Below are positions 22,723-32,006 of a DNA stretch of 64,000 bases, piece by piece. The DNA lies in assembly GCA_965219625.1 (NCBI GenBank), contig OZ244782.1:2727551-2791550 (forward strand). Reading direction: 5' to 3'. The notes below the pieces were generated by a model that had not been told where the DNA came from, ran no database searches, and saw nothing but the letters and a program-made list of their open reading frames with translations. The position numbers and the translations under genes are program-made. Each line of letters opens with the position of its first letter. Positions within the stretch are counted from its first letter, which is position 1. The stretch is from Candidatus Multivoraceae bacterium. GTDB lineage: Bacteria > Acidobacteriota > Thermoanaerobaculia > Multivoradales > Multivoraceae.

Positions 22723-23748
22723 TTACGGTCTCGGGTCCTTCGCGGCCGCTGCCGTTTCTTCCGGCGGCGGACAGGAAGTGGAGAGCGTCCATCCACTCGG
22801 GGCGGGGAGGACTCCGACGACGAAACAGCCGGACCGGACCGCCTCTGCGGCGCTGCCCTTCAGGCCCCTCCAGAGCCTGGTGAACTCACCGTGGCCCAGC
22901 GTGTCCGCCAGATCGACGAAACCGTCTTGCCAGACGCCCCAGGCTCTTGCTCTTGCGTCGTCCAAGGTCTCGGGAAAGTCCGCCGCGAAGTCCACGGGAT
23001 AGAAGTCCGACCGGCCGTAGGTCTTCAGGCGGTCGCCCCCCTCAACCTGGACCACCCGGCTCATGCTCATCACGGTCAGAGCCCTGGCGTCTCGATCTGC
23101 CGGCAGGTCCGCGGCAATCAGCAGACGGTCCCCGACCTCCGGGTAGTACTCCTGATGAGTCGCGGGCGGCGCGCAGAAGACGCGGCCGCCGGCGACGAAC
23201 CGGGCGTAGGGAAGGATGGCGTACTCCACGAAGTACGGATACTTCCGGGACGGATAGAGGTGCTCGGCGTCGTCCAGAAGAACGAGCGTATTCGGCCGAC
23301 CCTCCTGGTCGAAGCCCGGAACGAAGCCAGTCACCGTCCCCAGAACGACGGCATCCGAGGCCGCCGTCCAACCCCGAAAGTCGCCGGGAGGAAACACGGT
23401 CCGACGCTTGAGGCGGAGCCTCTCACGGATGGCTGCCGCTTCCTCGGGGCTGATCTCGCAGCCGAGCTCCGTCCAGGGCGTGTCCTCGGTGACCGACTCG
23501 AATCTCCTTGGCGCCGGCCGCTCGAGCTGCTCGGCCAAGGCGCCTGCCAGCGGACCGATGCGCTCTTCGCTCTGAACCGTCCCATCCGGCCTGAAGGCGT
23601 ACGAAGCAGCGACCCAGTACGGCCCGTCCGACTCGCGGTCCGGGTGCGGGTGCAGGAGCCTCGGCGGTTCGGGCTGACCTTGACCGGCCGCGGGCCCTCC
23701 GGCAATGAGGGCAGCCAAGACGGCGAAACGAACACTTCGCTTCTTCAT
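22723..23748 (-). CDS. Secreted protein of unknown function, copy 1 of a duplicated gene
   Basis: Signal peptide MKKRSVRFAVLAALIAGGPAAGQG; 341 aa with 4 Cys; ~98% identical to the 25628..26653 product; the track ORF over-extends upstream. Confidence 0.6.
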   Translation of the reverse strand: MKKRSVRFAVLAALIAGGPAAGQGQPEPPRLLHPHPDRESDGPYWVAASYAFRPDGTVQSEERIGPLAGALAEQLERPAPRRFESVTEDTPWTELGCEISPEEAAAIRERLRLKRRTVFPPGDFRGWTAASDAVVLGTVTGFVPGFDQEGRPNTLVLLDDAEHLYPSRKYPYFVEYAILPYARFVAGGRVFCAPPATHQEYYPEVGDRLLIAADLPADRDARALTVMSMSRVVQVEGGDRLKTYGRSDFYPVDFAADFPETLDDARARAWGVWQDGFVDLADTLGHGEFTRLWRGLKGSAAEAVRSGCFVVGVLPAPSGWTLSTSCPPPEETAAAAKDPRP

Positions 23749-23765
23749 GGTGTCTCCGTGATCCC
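22732..23765. repeat. Direct repeat copy A (~1.03 kb), ~99% identical to 25637..26670
   Basis: Long near-identical stretches by inspection (e.g. gggtccttcgcggccgctgccgtttcttccggcggcg...); identity decays in the signal-peptide and upstream region. Confidence 0.85.
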
Positions 23766-24013
23766 GTCGATGTCGGAACGGTCCCCTACCTGAACCGGAG
23801 ATCGCCCGGATTCGCCTTCGTCCTACTGCTCGCTCTAATCGCCTTTCGTCGACTGCTTTGCGGCGCTGCCGGCACCTGCTTTCTCGGGGTTTCGGTTTTG
23901 CGAAGGCCTCTGCGGCGGCGGCTTGATCTTCCGAGGCATGGCAGGTTGCCCGCTGAGGTGCCGCAACGTCGCTGTCGGCTTCCTGGGATTCTGGGGCCGT
24001 TCGCGTTCGGCGC

Positions 24014-24508
24014 TCACGCCAAGCCCTCTGCTTGGTCGAGAGCCTTCCGGAGCAGCCTCGGACGTTCTCGTTGTCCGACGGTCTCACGGTCGATGTGGCG
24101 CCCGTTCTCCCGGATGCGGGCCAACTCCTCGTGGACCGAGCGATGATCGGCCTCGCCCTTCTCCATCTCGACCCAGAGATCGTCGAGCCGATCATGAAGC
24201 TCGCCCCAGGCCAAGGCGCTGTTCTTCAAGGCCACGAACGCCTCCCCGTACTTGAGGAGACCGACAAGGATGCCGGACACGCAAGCCACCACCGCGGGCC
24301 ATAGAGGACCGATTCCCAGCCCGCCCAGCGTGGCCGTCAGAGTGGCGGACGAGAACAGAGCGGTGAACAAGCCGAGACACCGCTCAGCGCGGCGGTACCT
24401 GAATGCCAAGCGGTTGAAGTAGATCGAGCGGGTGTGAGCCGCGATCCGCTCTTCCCACACCCGACAGCGGAGCTCCTCGGACGGCGCACTCCTCCCGACG
24501 GTGGTCAT
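24014..24508 (-). CDS. Small 2-TM membrane protein with SLATT-like architecture (N-terminal amphipathic helix, two TM helices, C-terminal helical tail)
   Basis: MTTVGRSAPSEELRCRVWEERIAAHTRSIYFNRLAFRYRRAERCLGLFTALFSSATLTATLGG...PLWPAVVACVSGILVGLLKYGEAFVALKNSALAWGELHDRL...; start at the internal ATG 24508. Confidence 0.4.
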   Translation of the reverse strand: MTTVGRSAPSEELRCRVWEERIAAHTRSIYFNRLAFRYRRAERCLGLFTALFSSATLTATLGGLGIGPLWPAVVACVSGILVGLLKYGEAFVALKNSALAWGELHDRLDDLWVEMEKGEADHRSVHEELARIRENGRHIDRETVGQRERPRLLRKALDQAEGLA

Positions 24509-24902
24509 CGCGGAGATGTTAGCCGAGTCGGAGTGACCCGCTGCTCGGTGACGCCCCGATTCAAGCGACCGACGACTCCCCGGAAGGCGACCGCCAGCTC
24601 CAGAGTGGCCCTGGCAGGGTGCGGACGCCTGCACGCGACTCGCGCTCAGGCTTCTCGCCGCAGCGGGCCCTCAAGAGGCGCAGGCCGGGGCCCGCCCGGA
24701 GTTGTGCCCAGAACGACCGCGGGATGAAACACGGTCTGACGCAGCAGCCGCATGAACTCTGAGGTTGCCCCGGTTTCGTCGACGCTAGGTCCTTGGAGTA
24801 AGGAAGTGTCCACTAAACCGAGCCAGCGTCGGTTCTCCCACTACTCACGGGATGGCCGTCTCGTCTCGCACGTTGGCAGAAAAGGAACGGAAGCGGTTCC
24901 CC

Positions 24903-25631
24903 TCAGTAAGAGCAGGTGAGCGTGTAGGCTTGCTTCTTGGGATCCCATGTGCCTTCGCACTTCAGTTCCTCTTCCGTCTCCTCGCAGTTATCTGGATCTT
25001 CCGTGCAGCGACTGACCGGGTCGGTGCCGCGATTGGGGTTCGATCCACCGCCCGAATTGCCGCCGCCGGGTTTGATTCCCTTGTCACGGTTGATCTTCTC
25101 CTGCTTGAATCTCTGAACCGCCGTGCAGTTCACGGCGCTGACGTGATTGGCCAGGGGCTTGGATGGATCGCCCGTCATCACGGTCGTCGGACAACCCGGT
25201 CCGTCGTGGCCAAGTCCCAGGCTGTGGCCTGCCTCGTGGAGAAACAGGTTCGGCAGCGGGTCGCTGCAACCAGGCGTGCCGCTCGGAGCCAGGTAGATTG
25301 TCCTCGGCGGGCCATAGTTGCCTGGGGCGTCTATGTAGCCACATCCGCCCGTTGGGCTTGCCTGCTGCAAGACGGTCCACGTCTTCGCGCCGCCCGCGCC
25401 TATCGATAAGGCAGGGGAGCCGGCGCAGGCGTTCCATTTGGCGACGGCGCCGGCGAACCAACCGGGCGTTTGGCCGCTGGACCACTTGTAGGACATGCTC
25501 TTTTCTGAGTAAGCCGTATCGTCCCAGAACGGGTTGCCAGAAAGCGTACGCGTGCAGTTTGCTTGTCCAGCAGCGTCAGTAGCTCCTGCGAACAAAGCAA
25601 CCAGGACGACAGCCGCGACCCGACTACTCAT
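24903..25631 (-). CDS. Secreted metzincin-type zinc metalloprotease (HEXXHXXGXXH) with a Cys-rich C-terminal tail
   Basis: Signal peptide MSSRVAAVVLVALFAGATDAAGQ; HEAGHSLGLGHD zinc-binding motif plus a downstream Met (TVMTG); its ATG overlaps the upstream gene stop (ATGA). Confidence 0.7.
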   Translation of the reverse strand: MSSRVAAVVLVALFAGATDAAGQANCTRTLSGNPFWDDTAYSEKSMSYKWSSGQTPGWFAGAVAKWNACAGSPALSIGAGGAKTWTVLQQASPTGGCGYIDAPGNYGPPRTIYLAPSGTPGCSDPLPNLFLHEAGHSLGLGHDGPGCPTTVMTGDPSKPLANHVSAVNCTAVQRFKQEKINRDKGIKPGGGNSGGGSNPNRGTDPVSRCTEDPDNCEETEEELKCEGTWDPKKQAYTLTCSY

Positions 25632-26653
25632 GATGCCGGGTCCTTCGCGGCCGCTGCCGTTTCTTCCGGCGGCGAACAGGAAGTGGAGAGCGTCCATCCA
25701 CTCGGGGCGGGGAGGACTCCGACGACGAAACAGCCGGACCGGACCGCCTCTGCGGCGCTGCCCTTCAGGCCCCTCCAGAGCTTGGTGAACTCACCGTGGC
25801 CCAGCGTGTCCGCCAGATCGACGAAACCGTCTTGCCAGACGCCCCAGGCTCTTGCTCTTGCGTCGTCCAAGGTCTCGGGAAAGTCCGCCGCGAAGTCCAC
25901 GGGATAGAAGTCCGACCGGCCGTAGGTCTTCAGGCGGTCGCCCCCCTCAACCTGGACCACCCGGCTCATGCTCATCACGGTCAGAGCCCTGGCGTCTCGA
26001 TCTGCCGGCAGGTCCGCGGCAATCAGCAGACGGTCCCCGACCTCCGGGTAGTACTCCTGATGAGTCGCGGGCGGCGCGCAGAAGACGCGGCCGCCGGCGA
26101 CGAACCGGGCGTAGGGAAGGATGGCGTACTCCACGAAGTACGGATACTTCCGGGACGGATAGAGGTGCTCGGCGTCGTCCAGAAGAACGAGCGTATTCGG
26201 CCGACCCTCCTGGTCGAAGCCCGGAACGAAGCCAGTCACCGTCCCCAGAACGACGGCATCCGAGGCCGCCGTCCAACCCCGAAAGTCGCCGGGAGGAAAC
26301 ACGGTCCGACGCTTGAGGCGGAGCATCTCACGGATGGCTGCCGCTTCCTCGGGGCTGATCTCGCAGCCCAGCTCCGTCCAGGGCGTGTCCTCGGTGACCG
26401 ACTCGAATCTCCTTGGCGCCGGCCGCTCGAGCTGCTCGGCCAAGGCGCGTGCCAGCGGACCGATGCGCTCTTCGCTCTGAACCGTCCCATCCGGCCTGAA
26501 GGCGTACGAAGCAGCGACCCAGTACGGCCCGTCCGACTCGCGGTCCGGGTGCGGGTGCAGGAGTCTTGGCGGTTCGGGCTGGCCTTGACCGGCCGCGGGC
26601 CCTCCGGCAATGAGGGCAGCCAAGACGGCGAAACCAACGTCTCGTCTCTTCAT
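25628..26653 (-). CDS. Secreted protein of unknown function, copy 2, translationally coupled to the metalloprotease
   Basis: MKRRDVGFAVLAALIAGGPAAGQG signal peptide; 341 aa; the stop overlaps the protease ATG. Confidence 0.6.
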   Translation of the reverse strand: MKRRDVGFAVLAALIAGGPAAGQGQPEPPRLLHPHPDRESDGPYWVAASYAFRPDGTVQSEERIGPLARALAEQLERPAPRRFESVTEDTPWTELGCEISPEEAAAIREMLRLKRRTVFPPGDFRGWTAASDAVVLGTVTGFVPGFDQEGRPNTLVLLDDAEHLYPSRKYPYFVEYAILPYARFVAGGRVFCAPPATHQEYYPEVGDRLLIAADLPADRDARALTVMSMSRVVQVEGGDRLKTYGRSDFYPVDFAADFPETLDDARARAWGVWQDGFVDLADTLGHGEFTKLWRGLKGSAAEAVRSGCFVVGVLPAPSGWTLSTSCSPPEETAAAAKDPAS

Positions 26654-26670
26654 GGCGTCTCCTTGATAGT
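25637..26670. repeat. Direct repeat copy B, ~99% identical to 22732..23765
   Basis: Same as copy A; offset 2905 bp. Confidence 0.85.
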
Positions 26671-26976
26671 TGCGGCCCGCCATCTGCGACCCGTTCGCGG
26701 GCATGGCGAGCTTCAGAACTTCACTTCAACGCACGCCTGAGCCTAGCAGAAGCGCTTGAGAACATCTCGGCTCTTGGCTGAACCACTGCACGGCCCTTGG
26801 GTGGACGGCCCTTGGGCTTGGCGCGTTCGCGCAACCGATAGGATCCCAGGCTGTGAGGGTGCGGCGAAGACTCTTCGCTCGACGCGGTGGCGATCCTCGT
26901 CTCAGGGCGTGTCAGGGAAGGAGTGGAGCCTGTTTCTCGTGAGCTGCGTCGCTGCCGACCTGGAGATTCGTCTTGC

Positions 26977-27945
26977 TCAGTCCGTCGAATGCTCCGCGCG
27001 GATCTCGACCCCGGCCTTCGGGTAGTAGTTGCTGCGGTCACGGGCGACGAAGGCGTAGACGTGGATTCCGGCCAAGTGCGCGATGTCGAGGGCCAGCGAG
27101 GACGGCGCGCCGACGGAGGCGACGACCGGGATGCCGCCGATGGCTGCCTTCTGCAGGATCTCGAAGCCGAGTCGTCCGCTGACAGCCAGGACCGCAGTGG
27201 AGAGCGGCAGCCGGCCCGCGAGGAGCGCGCTGCCGAGAACCTTGTCGACGGCGTTGTGGCGGCCGATATCCTCGCCCAGCCAGCGGAGACGGGGGCGCGC
27301 GGCGTCGACTTTCGCGCCGGCGGTCGCGTTGTGGTCGATCTCGAAGACCGCCGCCGCGTGTGCGCCGCCCGTGGCGTCGAACAGATGCTGCCGCTCGGTC
27401 ATCGCCGCCGGCAGGCTCTCGACCAGCCGGCGCTCGCTCGCCGCATCGAGCGGCAGGGGTTCGATCGGGGGCAGCCGCACCCAGAGATCCTCGAGCGATG
27501 GCTTGCCGCAGACTCCGCAGGCGCTGGTCATGCGGAAGGCGCGTTCGCGTTCGCGGCGCCGCTCTGCCTGGCTGGCGCGGCGACGTCCGTGGGTGGAGAG
27601 TTCGACATCGATGACGGCGCCGTGGACGGTCGGCGTTGTCCGCGTCGGTGGCGCCGGCAGGTTGGCTCGCTCTGGCGGACCGGTGCGCAGCGTCACCTCC
27701 TTGATGTCCGTCGCGTCTTCGATGAAGCCTTCGGCGTAGAGGTAGCCGAGGGCGAGCTCCCGGTCGTCGCCGGGGCTTCGCATGGTGACGACGATCGGGT
27801 CGCCGTCCAGGCGGATTTCCAGCGGTTCCTCGACGGCGACTTGGTCGCGGTGCGGTCGGTTTGCGCGGGGGCGCCGTTCGACCACGTCGTCGCGGACGGC
27901 TCGGGGATCCGGGAAGCCCCGGTCGACTCGGCTCTGCTCAGCCAC
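26977..27945 (-). CDS. fdhD: Formate dehydrogenase accessory sulfurtransferase FdhD
   Basis: 322 aa; TSACGVCGK ... DIGRHNAVDK signature motifs. Confidence 0.85.
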   Translation of the reverse strand: MAEQSRVDRGFPDPRAVRDDVVERRPRANRPHRDQVAVEEPLEIRLDGDPIVVTMRSPGDDRELALGYLYAEGFIEDATDIKEVTLRTGPPERANLPAPPTRTTPTVHGAVIDVELSTHGRRRASQAERRRERERAFRMTSACGVCGKPSLEDLWVRLPPIEPLPLDAASERRLVESLPAAMTERQHLFDATGGAHAAAVFEIDHNATAGAKVDAARPRLRWLGEDIGRHNAVDKVLGSALLAGRLPLSTAVLAVSGRLGFEILQKAAIGGIPVVASVGAPSSLALDIAHLAGIHVYAFVARDRSNYYPKAGVEIRAEHSTD

Positions 27946-30277
27946 CGGTGGGCGCGACGCGGACGCGGACGCCGTACTCCGGTTCTCCCGAATCGGGATC
28001 GAGCGACCAGGGCAGCAGCTCCATGCATTCGGGCCAATGCGCTTCGACGTTTCCCGGCTTGATCGGGCCGAAGCGTGCCCGCAGCTCGAGGGACGTCACC
28101 GGCGACTCGACGACGATCCGGTCGCCGTCCGCGATGCCGCGCCGCTCCCCGTCGTCGGCGTGCATCAGGAGGTCGGCGCGTTCGAGTCCGGTCAACGGGT
28201 CGCGTTCGCCATGGACCATCGAGTTGAACTGACGGCCGCGACGGGTGGACAGGAACAGCTCGCCGTCCCTCGGCGCCCGGTCTGCGGGCGGGCTGAGGAC
28301 AGCGAACCGGGCGCGGCCGGAGGCGGTGGCGAACCTCCCGTCCTCGAACAGGCGCGGTCCGCCCCACTGGAACTCGTCGCCCTTCGTTCGCAGGTTCTCG
28401 ATCCCTGCGTAGAGCGGCACGGCGCGGGCGATCTCGCGGCGGACGGCGGCGGTATCGGCAAAGTCGAGCGCGCCTTCCGGCTCGGGGCGCGCCCTCGAGA
28501 CGACTTCGCACAGCACCTCCCACTCGGGCCGACACTCGCCCAGCCTGCGGGGGCCGTTGTCGCCGTGTCCGATCGCCGGCGAGTAGACGATACGGCGCTC
28601 CGTCGTCGTCTCCGTCACGCCGCCGGGGATCTCGTAACGGGTCGTCGCCGGCAGCAGCAGCACGGTGTCGCTGGGTTCGACGAGCATGGACGAGTTGATC
28701 ACGATGTCCTGATGAATGCGGAGCTCGGGTCGGTGGAGTGCTCTGCCGACCCTTTCCCGGTCGGGCGCGGTCTTCAGGAAGTTGCCGCCGAGTATCCAGA
28801 ACGCGTCGATGTCGCCGCGGGCTGCAGCCTCGATCTGCCCGGTGGCGGCGAGCCCAGGGCCGCGCGGCGGATCGAAGCCCCACACGTCGGCCCAGTGATC
28901 GAGCTTCGCCAGGTCGGTGACGGGCGCGCAGCCGACCTCGGAGCCGCCCTGAACCCCGGAATGGCCGCGAATCGGCACGACCCCGGCGCCCGGCTTGCCG
29001 GGCAGCCCGCGCATCAACGCGAGATTGCAGGCGGCCAGCACCGTGTCGACGCCGTGGCGGTGTTGGGTCAGCCCCATCGACCAGACGAACACAGCGTTTG
29101 GCCGGTCGAGGAGGAAGCGGGCGAAGCGCTCCATTTCGGCCTTCGGTGCGCCGCTCGAACGTTCAAGTTCCGGCCAGGAGGCTGCGCGGAGGGCTGCCTC
29201 GACGGCCTCGAACCCCTCTGTCGAGCGCTCGACGAAATCGCGGTCGACCCCGCCCGGCAGATCGAGCAGAGCCTTCATCGTGCCGTTCAGGAACGCGAGG
29301 TCGCCGCCGGTGTCGACGGCGAACCAGTGACTCGCGAGGTCGGTGCCGAAGAGCGCGCTCCGAGGCACGGAAGGCACCCAGTAGCGCTCGAGTCCGGGTT
29401 CGCGGTACGGGTTGACGACTGCGATCTTCGCGCCGCGGCGGCGGGCGAAGTGGAGGTACTTGACTGTCACCGGCTGGTTGTTCGGCACGTTCGAACCGAA
29501 GAAGACGATGCTGTCGGCTTCGAGCCAGTCCCGATAGGAGTTCGTCGCCGCGCCGTGGCCGTAGGCGCGCTCGAGGGCGATCGTCGACGCGGCGTGGCAG
29601 AGCCGGGCGGCCGTGTCGATGTGCGGAGTCCCGAGGAAGCGTGCCGCCTTCTGCGCTACGTAGTACGTCTCGTTCGGAATCCCGCGCGAGGTGAGAAAGA
29701 ACGCCGTGCGCGTCGGGTCGCGGCGCCGCACCTTGGCGAGTCGTTCGGCGGCGATGGCGACCGCCTCGCTCCAGCGAATGCGGCGGAACCCTCGGTCGCC
29801 GCGGCGGCGCAGCATCGGGTAGGCGAGCCGACCGAGTTGGCGAAGCTCGGACGAGTCACGCGCGGCGAGCGCTTCCGCGTCGGCCAGCAGATCGTGGTCT
29901 GCCGCCGGCATCGTGTTCAACCGGAGCAAGTCGAGCCGCACCATGCACAGGTGCACCCCGTCCAGCGTCCAGTCGCGGAGTCCCGATGTTCCCAGGGCGC
30001 AGCCGTCGCAGACACCGTCGCGCAGGATGCGCCAAGCGTAGCCGGCCTCTCCTCGATTGCGCCAAGCCACCTTGCCCATCTCCAGGAAATGGCGCGGCTT
30101 CGTCTGACCCAAGCCGAAGGGGGTCCGCAGGCTGAGGCTCACCGGCCGATCATAGAAGAGCAGGGACGTTGGTTTGGTTAGAGTCTCGTCGGTGCGCGTA
30201 TCTCGAATCGTCGTCCCGCTCATCGTCGCGGCAGCGCCGGTCGCGGCGGTGGGGCAGAACAGGCAGGCGGAGGTCAC
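27938..30277 (-). CDS. Molybdopterin-dependent oxidoreductase alpha subunit (FdhF/YdeP-like)
   Basis: 779 aa; N-terminal Cys cluster (VCDGCALG...C), molybdopterin oxidoreductase body, 8-bp overlap with fdhD. The start is uncertain because its annotated 5' end overlaps the divergent 30174 gene. Confidence 0.7.
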   Translation of the reverse strand: MTSACLFCPTAATGAAATMSGTTIRDTRTDETLTKPTSLLFYDRPVSLSLRTPFGLGQTKPRHFLEMGKVAWRNRGEAGYAWRILRDGVCDGCALGTSGLRDWTLDGVHLCMVRLDLLRLNTMPAADHDLLADAEALAARDSSELRQLGRLAYPMLRRRGDRGFRRIRWSEAVAIAAERLAKVRRRDPTRTAFFLTSRGIPNETYYVAQKAARFLGTPHIDTAARLCHAASTIALERAYGHGAATNSYRDWLEADSIVFFGSNVPNNQPVTVKYLHFARRRGAKIAVVNPYREPGLERYWVPSVPRSALFGTDLASHWFAVDTGGDLAFLNGTMKALLDLPGGVDRDFVERSTEGFEAVEAALRAASWPELERSSGAPKAEMERFARFLLDRPNAVFVWSMGLTQHRHGVDTVLAACNLALMRGLPGKPGAGVVPIRGHSGVQGGSEVGCAPVTDLAKLDHWADVWGFDPPRGPGLAATGQIEAAARGDIDAFWILGGNFLKTAPDRERVGRALHRPELRIHQDIVINSSMLVEPSDTVLLLPATTRYEIPGGVTETTTERRIVYSPAIGHGDNGPRRLGECRPEWEVLCEVVSRARPEPEGALDFADTAAVRREIARAVPLYAGIENLRTKGDEFQWGGPRLFEDGRFATASGRARFAVLSPPADRAPRDGELFLSTRRGRQFNSMVHGERDPLTGLERADLLMHADDGERRGIADGDRIVVESPVTSLELRARFGPIKPGNVEAHWPECMELLPWSLDPDSGEPEYGVRVRVAPTGG

Positions 30278-31985
30278 TCCTGCCTTCGAGCCGGAGAACT
30301 ACGCCGCCGCGGTCGATCCGCGGGCCGACGGGTGGGACTCCGAGGCGCTCAGCGAACAGGCTGAGGCTCAGCTCAAAACGGTTGCTGCGTGGCTGGCGGA
30401 GATGGCCGCGCGCGGGGCGGCGGCCGTGCCGTCCAGAGACGTCAGAGCGGTCGTCGACGAGGCCTTCGAGTCGCCGGGGTTCGTCTCTCTCGAACTGACC
30501 GCGCGCTACCGAGACACGAGCTTCCTCGTCGAGCGTGGCGAAGCCGGCGATGGAGATGTCGCGTACCGCGGCGTCGAGGGCTTCCGACGCGCCCTCGGGG
30601 CTCTCGCCGAGCGGCTGGCCGGCGACGGCCGGAGGCGGGCGGACTTCAAGCTCTACTCGGTCGTCGTCGCGTCCACCGGCTTGACGACCCGCGCGTACTT
30701 CGAGGCCTCGGCGGCCGGGTCGGCCGGCAGCCGGCAGTTGAACGCGGTCTGGTCGACCGTCTGGAACCTGCCCGCGGACGACGGCGGAGCGCCGTTGCTC
30801 CGGCACGTCGAGGTGACCGGGTACGAGGAGACCTCGACTCCTCTGGGCCCCCTCTTCGTCGACGTCACGGAAGCCGCCGTCGGCCGCAATCCCAGCTACC
30901 GGGACCAGTTGCTTCGGTCGCCCGACGCCTGGCTCAACCGGATCACGAAGGCGGCGGGCTACAACAAGACGGGCTGGCAGGGCGTGTCGGCAGCCGACGT
31001 CAACGGGGACGGGCTGGACGACATCTTCCTGCCCGAGCAGGGCGGCCTGCCGAACCGTCTCTTCGTTCAGAACCGGGACGGAACGTTCGACGACCGCTCG
31101 GCGGAGTCGGCGGTCGACTATCTGGAGCGTACGCTCGCCGGGCTGTTCGTCGATCTCGACAATGACGGCGACCCGGATCTCGTCCTGTCGAGCCGCCCGG
31201 CGGTACTCGTGCTCGAGAACGACGGCAACGGCCGCTTCGCCCGGGTTCGCCACGTCGCCGGGAACGTCCCTGACAGCAACTCGCTGTCGGCAGCGGACGT
31301 CGACAACGACGGGGACCTCGACCTCTACGTTTGCGCCTACCGTCGCGCGTACGACGAGCGCGGCGTGGCGAGCCCGGTGCCCTACCACGACGCGAACAAC
31401 GGCGGCCGGAACGCGCTGCTCCGGAACGACGGCGACTTCCGGTTCGTCGACGCGACGGTCGAGATGGGGCTTGACGTGAACAACCGTCGCTTCAGCCTGG
31501 CGGCGGCCTGGGAGGACTTCGACGACGACGGCGACGCCGACCTTTACGTCGCGAACGACTACGGCCGGAACAACCTCTACCGCAACGACGGCGGCCGCTT
31601 CGTCGACGTGGCCGAGGACGTCGGGGTCGAGGACATCTCGTCCGGCATGTCCGTGAGCTGGGCCGATTACAACCGGGACGCCCGGATGGACGTCTACGTC
31701 GGCAACATGTTCTCCGCCGCCGGCAATCGGATCACCTACCAGCGGAAGTTCGAACGCGACCGCCAGCGCGCCGGCCTGCTGGCGGACGTCCAGCGGATGG
31801 CGCGCGGCAACTCCCTGTTCGCGGGCGCTCCGGATGGCGGCTTCCACGACCGGAGCGTCGAGGCCAGGGTCACGATGGGCCGCTGGGCCTGGTCGTCCGT
31901 GTTCGCGGACATCAACAACGACGGTTGGGAGGACCTGGTCATCGCGAACGGCAACTTGACCCAGACCCTCCCGGACGACCTGTGA
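30174..31985 (+). CDS. FG-GAP/VCBS repeat beta-propeller protein (CRTAC1-like, N-terminal part)
   Basis: Signal-like N-terminus; repeated DxNGDGxxDxx motifs (DVNGDGLDDIF, DLDNDGDPDLVL, DVDNDGDLDLYV, DFDDDGDADLYV, INNDGWEDLVI); ends at TGA 31983-31985, in frame with the next ORF. Confidence 0.7.
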   Translation: MVRVSSVRVSRIVVPLIVAAAPVAAVGQNRQAEVTPAFEPENYAAAVDPRADGWDSEALSEQAEAQLKTVAAWLAEMAARGAAAVPSRDVRAVVDEAFESPGFVSLELTARYRDTSFLVERGEAGDGDVAYRGVEGFRRALGALAERLAGDGRRRADFKLYSVVVASTGLTTRAYFEASAAGSAGSRQLNAVWSTVWNLPADDGGAPLLRHVEVTGYEETSTPLGPLFVDVTEAAVGRNPSYRDQLLRSPDAWLNRITKAAGYNKTGWQGVSAADVNGDGLDDIFLPEQGGLPNRLFVQNRDGTFDDRSAESAVDYLERTLAGLFVDLDNDGDPDLVLSSRPAVLVLENDGNGRFARVRHVAGNVPDSNSLSAADVDNDGDLDLYVCAYRRAYDERGVASPVPYHDANNGGRNALLRNDGDFRFVDATVEMGLDVNNRRFSLAAAWEDFDDDGDADLYVANDYGRNNLYRNDGGRFVDVAEDVGVEDISSGMSVSWADYNRDARMDVYVGNMFSAAGNRITYQRKFERDRQRAGLLADVQRMARGNSLFAGAPDGGFHDRSVEARVTMGRWAWSSVFADINNDGWEDLVIANGNLTQTLPDDL

Positions 31986-32006
31986 AGCTTCTTCTGGCGG
32001 CAGGTC

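Noticed and set aside
22723-24195. 490-aa version of secreted-protein copy 1, and the N-terminal extensions of leuB, leuD, gcvP (1202 aa), dnaE2 (1309 aa), imuB, metalloprotease and LLM ORFs in the track
   Set aside because: The extensions are Arg-rich and lack RBS support. Internal Met/GTG/TTG starts match conserved N-termini, signal peptides or stop/start overlaps with the upstream gene. The shorter models are used.
26783-26810. Short direct repeat acggcccttggg x2 in the copy-2/fdhD intergenic region
   Set aside because: Too short and isolated to interpret. It is probably chance in GC-rich DNA.
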